A stretch of 37,512 nucleotides of DNA from the NCBI GenBank assembly GCA_043779225.1, contig JAYWEO010000227.1, forward strand, positions 1 through 37,512, in the 5' to 3' direction. The notes under the pieces are model-generated. The model was not told the origin of the DNA, made no database searches, and was given only the letters and a program-made list of their open reading frames with translations. The stretch is from Prosthecobacter sp. (GTDB taxonomy: Bacteria > Verrucomicrobiota > Verrucomicrobiia > Chthoniobacterales > Chthoniobacteraceae). Of this stretch, positions 8,819-16,347 are shown in pieces; position 1 is the stretch's first letter; the number at the start of each line of letters is the position of its first letter. Made by a program: the position numbers and the translations under genes.

Positions 8819-9535
8819 ATGCGCCCTCTGCTCCTCCTCGTCCTCGCCTTTGCACCCCTCGCAGTTGCCGAGGAAAAGCCGCATGCCGTCCGGCAACTCA
8901 TCCCTTGGCTGCTGGACGAGGATGCAGCGCTGAAAGGCATCCTGTTCAGCGACGTCATCAGCGCCACGAGCGGCAGGCGTGTGCTCCCCGTGGATCGCAA
9001 GGACGCGGACACCGCGCGCATTTTGAAAACCATCGGCACTGCGCTCGACACCGTGCTCGCGGAAATGAACAGCACGGGCAGTCCGGCAAAAAAGCAGAAA
9101 CGCGTGAACGAGATGAGCAAGTTCTTCGAGGACTCCATCATGGCGAACCTGCGCGGCATCGAGGGATTCGAGTGCGGCGTGCCGCGCACTGCGGCGGGCC
9201 GCAGCCAGCGGAGCGGCTACCCGGATATCAGGCTCGTGGACAAGGCGACGGGGCGCGTCATTTATCTCGACCCGAAGCTCTACGCGAAAGGCAGCCGGCA
9301 CAGTTCGCTGCGGACATTCTATTTCACGCCCAAGCGCGAGACGAACAAGGTGAACGACGACGCGCACCATCTCATCGTCGGCATCGAGCATGAGAAGACG
9401 GGCGCAGAGGTGAAATTCACGCGCTGGGAGCTGATCGATCTCAGCAGCTTCCGCGTGCGCCTGAAGGCGGAGTTCGAAGGCAGCAACGCGGATATGTACC
9501 GCGAGGATGCGGTGGTCGCGGGCAGTGAGAAGTAA
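8819..9535 (+). CDS. signal-peptide hypothetical protein with a PD-(D/E)XK nuclease-like motif arrangement
   Basis: Start at M61 of track ORF 8639..9535 (ATG 8819, MRPLLLLVLAFAPLAVAEE). FFED (aa 102-105), GYPD (aa 133-136) then VIYLDPK (aa 147-153) fit E...PD...(D/E)xK. The fold is not verified. Confidence 0.6.
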   Translation: MRPLLLLVLAFAPLAVAEEKPHAVRQLIPWLLDEDAALKGILFSDVISATSGRRVLPVDRKDADTARILKTIGTALDTVLAEMNSTGSPAKKQKRVNEMSKFFEDSIMANLRGIEGFECGVPRTAAGRSQRSGYPDIRLVDKATGRVIYLDPKLYAKGSRHSSLRTFYFTPKRETNKVNDDAHHLIVGIEHEKTGAEVKFTRWELIDLSSFRVRLKAEFEGSNADMYREDAVVAGSEK

Positions 9536-9540
9536 GTCGG

Positions 9541-10944
9541 CTACGCCACGCCGCTGAAGTTCGGATCGTTCAGCCCCTTCAGCTCACCCGTACTGTCCGC
9601 AAAGCGCGCAACTGGTGCGCCGACGCGGGTGAGCATCGAGTGCCAGAGATTCGCGAGCGGGGTGCCGCTTTCGTGGACGACGTGACGGCCTGTGGCGATG
9701 GTGCCGCCGCCTCGTCCGGCAAGGATGACGGGGAGATTTTTCGGGCTGTGTGCATTGCCGTCCCGCATGCCAGCGCCGAAGACAATCATGCACTGATCGA
9801 GCAGCGTGCCGTTGCCTTCACGGATGCCGCGGAGTTTCTCGATGAAGTAGGCGTATTGCTCGATGTGCCACTGGTTGATGCGCTGGTAGTGCGCGAGTTT
9901 GTCGGCCTTGTTCTCGTGGTGCGATGTCTCGTGATGGCCGCCGATTCCGCCACCGAGGAAGGCAAAGCTGCGGCCGCTCACGGCATTGCCAAACATGAAC
10001 GTGGAGATTCGCGTGGTGTCCGTCCAGAAGGCGAGCGCCATGAGGTCGAGCATGAGGCGCGTGTGCTCGGTGTGATTGCCGGTGCGCTCGCTGAGCTTTG
10101 CGGGATCGGAATAGGCATCAATGCGGCGGCCGAGTTCATCCACCGCGGCGCGTGCAGCAGGGTCGGACATCGCGGTCTCGCCCTGGCGTTTCGCATCCCA
10201 CTCGATGCGGCGCTCCACGGCACGGACGCTTTCGAGATATTCGTCGAGCTTCGCGCGGTCGCCGGTGCCGAGTTTCTGATGAAGGCGCTTCGCATCGGCA
10301 GCCACGAGATCGAGCACGCTGTGGTCGCGCGTCGCGGCAAGTTCGGCGGCCTCGCGGTTCGTGACGGGCTTCGGTCGGAAGAGCCGATCGAAGGCTAGCT
10401 TCGGATTGATTTCCTTTGCCAGCGGCGTGGTCGGCTGGCTCCACGCGATGTGCGCGCCGTAGAGCTGCGTGTAGCCGACGTTCGTATCCACGCCGGTCGC
10501 GGGCGGCTCGATGCCCAGCTCGAGCGATGGCAGCGGTGTGAGGATGCCGATCTTTTTTGCCGCGACCTGATCCATCGAGACGCCGTTGCTGTTCAGCTCG
10601 TCGCCCGTCGTGCGCGTGATCGTGCTGCTCGTGAGGTAGCCGCTCGTCTTCACGTAGTGCCCGTCGCCGATGTTGCTGGCCGCGTTCCAGAGTTCGCTGA
10701 GCACGAGGATCTCGTCCTTCACATTCGCGAGCGGCGCGAGGGTCGGGGAAAGCTCGAAGCCGGTGCCCGCTCCGCACGGCGTCCACATTTCGGGATGCAC
10801 GCCATTCGGCATGTAAAGGTGCGCCATGCGCACGGGGAAGCGGGGATGTGAGGCGGATGCAGGGAGCATGGCTTCGAGCACGGGCAGCGCGAGGATCGCG
10901 CCGACTCCCTTCAGCATGGTGCGGCGGGTGATGTTCGTGTTCAT
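9541..10944 (-). CDS. DUF1552-family protein with Tat signal
   Basis: Real start MNTNITRRTMLKGVGAILALP (twin-Arg) at 10944, and the conserved-looking GGHHETSHHEN. The upstream part of track ORF 9541..11655 overlaps the DUF1592 gene out of frame. The ATG overlaps the upstream stop (ATGA, 10941-10944). Confidence 0.87.
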   Translation of the reverse strand: MNTNITRRTMLKGVGAILALPVLEAMLPASASHPRFPVRMAHLYMPNGVHPEMWTPCGAGTGFELSPTLAPLANVKDEILVLSELWNAASNIGDGHYVKTSGYLTSSTITRTTGDELNSNGVSMDQVAAKKIGILTPLPSLELGIEPPATGVDTNVGYTQLYGAHIAWSQPTTPLAKEINPKLAFDRLFRPKPVTNREAAELAATRDHSVLDLVAADAKRLHQKLGTGDRAKLDEYLESVRAVERRIEWDAKRQGETAMSDPAARAAVDELGRRIDAYSDPAKLSERTGNHTEHTRLMLDLMALAFWTDTTRISTFMFGNAVSGRSFAFLGGGIGGHHETSHHENKADKLAHYQRINQWHIEQYAYFIEKLRGIREGNGTLLDQCMIVFGAGMRDGNAHSPKNLPVILAGRGGGTIATGRHVVHESGTPLANLWHSMLTRVGAPVARFADSTGELKGLNDPNFSGVA

Positions 10945-12812
10945 GGCGTGGAGGCAGTGGCTGGCGTTTCTGCGGGTCTGCGAAATTGGAACGGCATCGA
11001 GCGCGCGATCTCCAGCACGAGGCTCTGCGCCCTGTAGCCGTCCTTCGCGACGGCGCGGGAAATCTGCCGGATGGCGAGCCAGTCCGTCTGCTCGACGCCG
11101 CGGCCCATCGCATAGCTGAACATGCGCTCGGTGAGGTTGCGCGTGAACTCGTCGCGGCGGTCGACGAGCAGGCGCTTCAGCTCGGCGGGGCCGGTAAATT
11201 TGCTGCCGTCGGGAAGTTCGCCTGATGCATCTACGGGCTGATCCGCAACCGTCTCGCGCCATGAGCCGACCGGGCTGAAATTTTCCAGCCCGAAGCCGAG
11301 CTGGTCCATAGTCTTGTGGCACGACGCGCACTCGGCCTTGCTCCGGTGCAGCTCGAGCTGCTGGCGGAATGTGAGGCCGTTGCGGCCCTTGTCGGAAGTC
11401 GGCAGGCTCTTGATCATCGGCGGCGCTGGCGGCGGCGGTGAGCCGAGGATTTCCTCCATGATCCACTTGCCGCGCAGCACTGGGCTGCTGCGGCGCGGGT
11501 AGCTCGTGAGCGTGAGCACGCCAGCCATCGTCACGACGCCCCCGCGGTTCCGATCCGTGAGCGACACGCGCTGGAATGCGTCGCCCGTCACTCCCTCGAT
11601 GCCGTAGAATTTTGCCAGCTCGCCATTCACGAATGTGTAGTCCGCATCGAGGCATTCGGTGAGCGGGCGGTTGTCGCGCAGCATGGCCTTGAAAAACACG
11701 AGCGGCTCGTCGGCCATCGCGTCGCGCAGCTCGGGCGTGAACGCGGGCTGCCTTTCATTCGAGGGCCGGATGGCCGTCCAGAGTTCGCGTGTGCGCAGCC
11801 ACTGGCTTGCGAAATTTTCCGCCAGCGTGCGCGCCTTTGGATCCGCGAGCATGCGCCGCACCTGGGCCTCGAATTCCGCGGGCTCCGACAGCTTTCCATC
11901 GCGAGCGAGTGCGAACAGCGGCTCATCGGGCATGGTGGACCACAGGAAATAGCTCAGCCGCGCAGCCAGCTCCCAATCGCTCACCTGCTGCGGCACGAGG
12001 CCGGGGCGGTCCTGCTCGGTGCGGAAGAGAAACGACGGCGAGACGAGCAGCACGCGCACGCTCTGGCGCATCGCCTCGTCCCACTTCGCGCCCTGCTTGC
12101 GCATCGCATGGAAAAGCGCGAGCAGGCTGCTGAGTTCATCGTCTGCGACCGGCCGGCGGAAGGCGCGCGTCGCGAGCCACGCGAGATTTTCACGCGCCGC
12201 GGAGTGCTCATCCTTTGTCTCGCTCGGGCGGATGTGGAAAATGATCTCCGGCTTGGCGTCCGCCACGATCTCGCCCGCCGCCATGAGATATTTTTCCATC
12301 AGGATCGGCGGGACGAAGAGCGTCGAGGCGTTGTTGTCGAATCCTCCTCCGCCGCCGCCATCTGGCGGAAAGATGTCCGCAGGGTGCGAATCCACGCCGA
12401 GCAGATCGCGCACCGTGTTGTTGTACTCCAGGCGGCTGAGGCGGTGCAGCACGCTGCGCCCGACATCGTTCGGCACCTTGGCAGGGTCGGGATTGTCGAG
12501 CGCCGCCGAGAGCCATGCGGACACCTGCGCGCGCTCGGCGGGTGTCGGCTGCTCCTTTTTCGCGGGCGGCATCGAGGCATCGCGCACCGCGTTCAGTGTC
12601 TTTTCCCACGTCTTCGGCTCGAGCCAGAATGCCTCGTCTTTCGAGAGTGCTTCGAGATTTACACCACCTTTTGCGGTGTCGTCGTGGCAGCTCAGGCAAT
12701 ATTTTTCCAGCACCGGCAGGACATCCTTCCTGAAATCAGAGGCGAAAGCTCCCTTGTGTGTTGCGCTCGCTCCGAACGCTACTGCGATCAAAATCAGTTT
12801 TGTTTTGGTCAC
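10941..12812 (-). CDS. multi-domain DUF1587/DUF1592/DUF1595/DUF1588/DUF1585-type protein with N-terminal CxxCH (planctomycete cytochrome-c-like) motif
   Basis: GTG start and signal peptide MTKTKLILIAVAFGASA. CLSCH lies at aa 39-43 (12684-12698), with a second CASCH near the C-terminus. The architecture is recalled from PVC-group paralogue families. Confidence 0.85.
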   Translation of the reverse strand: MTKTKLILIAVAFGASATHKGAFASDFRKDVLPVLEKYCLSCHDDTAKGGVNLEALSKDEAFWLEPKTWEKTLNAVRDASMPPAKKEQPTPAERAQVSAWLSAALDNPDPAKVPNDVGRSVLHRLSRLEYNNTVRDLLGVDSHPADIFPPDGGGGGGFDNNASTLFVPPILMEKYLMAAGEIVADAKPEIIFHIRPSETKDEHSAARENLAWLATRAFRRPVADDELSSLLALFHAMRKQGAKWDEAMRQSVRVLLVSPSFLFRTEQDRPGLVPQQVSDWELAARLSYFLWSTMPDEPLFALARDGKLSEPAEFEAQVRRMLADPKARTLAENFASQWLRTRELWTAIRPSNERQPAFTPELRDAMADEPLVFFKAMLRDNRPLTECLDADYTFVNGELAKFYGIEGVTGDAFQRVSLTDRNRGGVVTMAGVLTLTSYPRRSSPVLRGKWIMEEILGSPPPPAPPMIKSLPTSDKGRNGLTFRQQLELHRSKAECASCHKTMDQLGFGLENFSPVGSWRETVADQPVDASGELPDGSKFTGPAELKRLLVDRRDEFTRNLTERMFSYAMGRGVEQTDWLAIRQISRAVAKDGYRAQSLVLEIARSMPFQFRRPAETPATASTP

Positions 12813-12982
12813 TGGCGGGATCTTTCATGCCCGATTAAGCTTAAACTATGCAAGCCGCCTGAAATGTAAATAACAAACTTCGCATGAGAGCCTTACGTGA
12901 CTCTCGGGTCTGTCACCGCAACCGGATTTCCTGGCATGAATTCCCCGCATCCCCGTGTCCCTGACGAACCAGCGAACTGACT

Positions 12983-14863
12983 TCAGGCTATCGCAATGCG
13001 ATTGAAGCGGCCCAGCGCGGACACCGTCCAGATGAGCGGGTAGAGCCGCTCGTGATACCAGAGCCGCGCAAAGTAGAACCCGATCGGCGCAGGTTCCCGC
13101 CAGGTGCCGGACTCCACACGCGCGACTAGCCAGGCGACACCGCGCTCCACACTGCCCGCATGCGAAGTCCCGGCAAGTGCCTTGATGGCGAGCGCAGTCT
13201 CCTCGACGCTCGAAGGAACGCCGCGCACACCACCCCATCCGCCATCCTCATTTTGCGAAGATGCGATCCAGGCGGAGCCCCGCGCGGCAGGCGCCATGGC
13301 GGGCATCATGCCGGATTCGTGGAGTTCGCGCAGTGCGATGACGACGAGCGCGGTGCCGTAGAGCGGGTTTTCATCGTGAGGCGCGTGCTCATTTCCAAAC
13401 CACAGCGGCACCCACGCGCCGTCCTCGCGCTGCGTCCGTATGAGGTAGCCGAGGCCGCGACTCATGGCCCGCACGAGAGCGGGACGTTCGCGCGGATCCA
13501 CCTCGGTACGCCATGCATTCCATGCACGAAGGGCGTGCGCGGTGAGATCCTGTGAGCTGCGATCAAAGGGCAGCGCTCCCCAGCCGCGGCAGAAGGTCGG
13601 GATGCCGCCGTCGCGATTTTGCAAGCCGCGCAGCCAATGCATCCCGGCGAGCGCGGCGGTGTGTGTCGCCTCGTCGGTCGGGCCGAGGTGCTTCAGCGCA
13701 AGGAGCACACCCGAAGTGTCGTCGGCGTCGGGCACGCCGCCGGGCAGATCCGTCCAGGCCCAGCCGCCGGCTGCGGCATGCGTGTAGGGATGTTCCTTGA
13801 TCCACTGCTGATTGAGCAGCCAGCGACGCAGCGCAGGCAGGCACTCGGATGGAAGTGCGCCGGGCTGTTGCGCGAGCGCCTTGATCGCGAGCGTCGTGGT
13901 CCACGTCGCGAGATTCGTATCAATCGGCCAGCTTCCATCCGGGCGCATGGACGCCGCGAGAAACTCCGCGCCCTTTTGCGCAACGACGTGCGACGAGAGA
14001 CCGATCGAGGCGAGGCTCATCGTGACGAATGAAGTCAGCGGCGTGGCCTCCAGGAAGCCGCCGTTCGGAGGCTGGAGCGTCTCCAGCACGCGCAGTGTTT
14101 TTTTCCGCGTCAGTCCGCGCAGCAGCCGAGTGATCGGGTTCCGCGTCGGTGCGTGGTGATGGCTCGCCTGGCCGATGGCAATCAGCGCGGGCAGCGCGTA
14201 GCTCACGACCGGCAGGCGCAACGCGCCCCAGAATTTATGCGACATCGCGGCAAGCTCGAACGGGAGCTTCGGAATGAGCTGCCATCCTTGTTCCCCGAGG
14301 CGGCCGGAGAGCGCGAGCGTCATGAGGATCGGGACGGAGAATGTGCGATCCTTTCCGTAGCGGCGAGCGATGGCGCGGGGCAGATGATTGCAGCGCCATG
14401 CGTTGTCGGAACACAGGCTTCCAGCCTGTGCGGCAGCCGGGCTTCCAGCCTGGAGTGCATCGCGCGCGGTGCTGCGCTCCGCCTCCCCACCAGGCTGGAA
14501 GCCTGTGCTACAGTCGCGCAGCCACGTCTCAGCGTTTTGCACGGCACCCGGAAAATCCCCGTCGGCATTTGCCGCACCGAATGCGGCCCAGCACAATGCG
14601 GTGGTCGAGATGTTCGATTTGCTCAGCGTCGTGTCGCCCCAGCCGCCGTCGGCGTTCGCATTTTCCGCAAGCCAGCGCAGCCCGCCGCCGATGAGCTTTG
14701 CATGGCGCGCGGCATCCACTTTTGCGAGAGCCACGACGGCAGTCGCCGTCGAGAGCGCGCTGCTGGAAAGCTCGCCGGTCCAGTGTCCGGCGGCATTCAT
14801 TTCCGCGAGCAATGCGGATGTCGCACGCTGCAATGCGGCCGCAACCTGTGCGGCATCGTTCAT
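12983..14863 (-). CDS. shc: squalene-hopene cyclase / class II terpene cyclase
   Basis: DxDD catalytic motif VPDADDTSG. There are multiple QW-like repeats (NADGGWGD, RPDGSWP, NRDGGIP, REDGAWV, NEDGGWGG) and the segment YGKDRTFSVPIL. Confidence 0.85.
   Translation of the reverse strand: MNDAAQVAAALQRATSALLAEMNAAGHWTGELSSSALSTATAVVALAKVDAARHAKLIGGGLRWLAENANADGGWGDTTLSKSNISTTALCWAAFGAANADGDFPGAVQNAETWLRDCSTGFQPGGEAERSTARDALQAGSPAAAQAGSLCSDNAWRCNHLPRAIARRYGKDRTFSVPILMTLALSGRLGEQGWQLIPKLPFELAAMSHKFWGALRLPVVSYALPALIAIGQASHHHAPTRNPITRLLRGLTRKKTLRVLETLQPPNGGFLEATPLTSFVTMSLASIGLSSHVVAQKGAEFLAASMRPDGSWPIDTNLATWTTTLAIKALAQQPGALPSECLPALRRWLLNQQWIKEHPYTHAAAGGWAWTDLPGGVPDADDTSGVLLALKHLGPTDEATHTAALAGMHWLRGLQNRDGGIPTFCRGWGALPFDRSSQDLTAHALRAWNAWRTEVDPRERPALVRAMSRGLGYLIRTQREDGAWVPLWFGNEHAPHDENPLYGTALVVIALRELHESGMMPAMAPAARGSAWIASSQNEDGGWGGVRGVPSSVEETALAIKALAGTSHAGSVERGVAWLVARVESGTWREPAPIGFYFARLWYHERLYPLIWTVSALGRFNRIAIA
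14412..14507. repeat. palindromic repeat cluster inside the shc coding sequence
   Basis: CACAGGCTTCCAGCCTGTG (14412-14430) is a perfect 7-bp-stem hairpin. GGGCTTCCAGCCTGG lies at 14439-14453, and the inverted copy CAGGCTGGAAGCCTGTG at 14491-14507. Confidence 0.65.
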
Positions 14864-14889
14864 CTTGGGAATGATGCCGACGAAAAAAT

Positions 14890-15005
14890 GTCACGCAACG
14901 GCGCAGAGGCCCAAAGAAGACATTCTCGCCATGAGCGGTCGATCGGTGCCAGGGGCGCATGCCAATCAGAGCGGAGACCTTTGCGCCTTTGCGCCTTTGC
15001 GTGAC
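14890..15005. repeat. imperfect 20-nt inverted repeat pair with a CCTTTGCG x3 tandem, intergenic (shc / sucB)
   Basis: GTCACGCAACGGCGCAGAGG (14890-14909) matches the reverse complement of 14986-15005 at 18 of 20 positions. CCTTTGCG is tandemly repeated at 14978, 14986 and 14994. Confidence 0.5.
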
Positions 15006-15049
15006 ATCTCATGGCAGCTTTCCGATTCATCGCGCGGGACGCGCGCCGG

Positions 15050-16189
15050 TCATACTTCCAGCAGCAGTCGCGAAGGCTGCTCGATGGCTTCCTTCACCCG
15101 CACGAGGAAGGTCACGGCCTCACGCCCGTCCACGACGCGGTGGTCGTAGCTCATCGCGAGATACATCATGGGGCGGATGGCGATCGCGCCGTCCACGACG
15201 ATGGGACGCTCCTGAATCTTGTGCATGCCGAGGATGCCGCTCTGCGGCGGGTTCAGGATCGGCGTGCTCAGGAGGCTGCCGTAGATGCCGCCGTTGCTGA
15301 TCGTGAAGACGCCGCCGGAAAGATCATCCATGCCGATGCGCCCCTCGCGCGCCTTCACCGCGTAGCCGACGAGATCGCGCTCGATTTCCGCGAACGACTT
15401 GCGATGCGCGTCACGCACGACCGGCACCATGAGGCCGCGCTCGGTGCCGACGGCGACGCCGATGTCGTAGAAATTATTCTGCACGAGATCCTCGCCCTCG
15501 ACTCGCACATTCACCTGCGGCACGGCCTTCAGCGCGGCGACGACGGCCTTGATGAAGAACGACATGAAGCCGAGCTTGATGCCGTGCTGCTTCTGGAAGT
15601 CCTCGCCCATCGCCTTGCGCAGCGCCATCACCGCGGACATGTCGGCCTCGTTGAAGGTCGTGAGAATCGCCGCGGTGTGCTGCGCCATCACGAGCTGCGC
15701 GGCGATTTTCCGGCGAAGGGGTGACATGCGCTTCCGCGTCACGCGCTCCTCGGAGGCGGGCGCGACATTCTCTGAAATCACGGAGAGTGTTTCGTTCGCC
15801 GCCGCGACACTCGCCGCAGGAGTGACTGGCGTTGGTGTCGCGACCGGGACTCCTGTCAGAGCAGGCTCCACTTTTGCAGATTTTTTTTCAGGCTTTGCAT
15901 CGGCGGGCTTTGCCAGGGCAGGAGCAGCAGCGGCAGGCGCGGCAGGCGCACCGGATGCCTCCTCGATCAGTCCGACCACTTCGCCGATTTTCACCTCGGC
16001 ACCGTCAGCCGCCTTGATGCGCAGAGTGCCTGCGGCGTCGGCTGTGATCTCCGTCGAGACCTTGTCCGTCTCCAGAGTGAACAGCGCATCGCCTTTGCTC
16101 ACGGCATCGCCGTCCTTTTTCAGCCACGCCGAGATCATGCCACTCGTCACTGACTCACCGACCGCAGGGATTTTGATTTCGAGACTCAT
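15050..16189 (-). CDS. sucB: 2-oxoglutarate dehydrogenase E2, dihydrolipoyllysine-residue succinyltransferase
   Basis: Lipoyl domain with the ETDKV lipoyl-Lys motif, an Ala/Pro linker, and a catalytic domain with [24 protein letters not shown] and [13 protein letters not shown]. Confidence 0.93.
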   Translation of the reverse strand: MSLEIKIPAVGESVTSGMISAWLKKDGDAVSKGDALFTLETDKVSTEITADAAGTLRIKAADGAEVKIGEVVGLIEEASGAPAAPAAAAPALAKPADAKPEKKSAKVEPALTGVPVATPTPVTPAASVAAANETLSVISENVAPASEERVTRKRMSPLRRKIAAQLVMAQHTAAILTTFNEADMSAVMALRKAMGEDFQKQHGIKLGFMSFFIKAVVAALKAVPQVNVRVEGEDLVQNNFYDIGVAVGTERGLMVPVVRDAHRKSFAEIERDLVGYAVKAREGRIGMDDLSGGVFTISNGGIYGSLLSTPILNPPQSGILGMHKIQERPIVVDGAIAIRPMMYLAMSYDHRVVDGREAVTFLVRVKEAIEQPSRLLLEV

Positions 16190-16347
16190 GAATTGGATTG
16201 GAAAGAAACGGACGCGGATAAAAGCAGCATCGTCGGCATGCTGACAAGCGCATCATTGGCCGCGCAAAAAAAATAGCGCATGCCCCAGGCTCCGTGCAGC
16301 GACCCGCTGACGCATTTTTCCAATCTCCCCGCATGCCGCTGAAAAAA

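Noticed and set aside
7329-8855. 508-aa ORF on the - strand
   Set aside because: It is antisense to deoA, whose plus frame has unambiguous family motifs, so it is a shadow ORF.
10945-11655. N-terminal extension of the 704-aa track ORF 9541..11655
   Set aside because: The extension is Arg/Pro-rich and overlaps the DUF1592 gene out of frame. The Tat-signal Met at 10944, which forms an ATGA junction with the upstream stop, is the credible start.
15870-15890. A8/T8 homopolymer inside sucB (encodes PEKKSA) as a phase-variation tract
   Set aside because: It is a single tract in an essential-type metabolic gene within the flexible linker, and there is no evidence of variability from one sequence.
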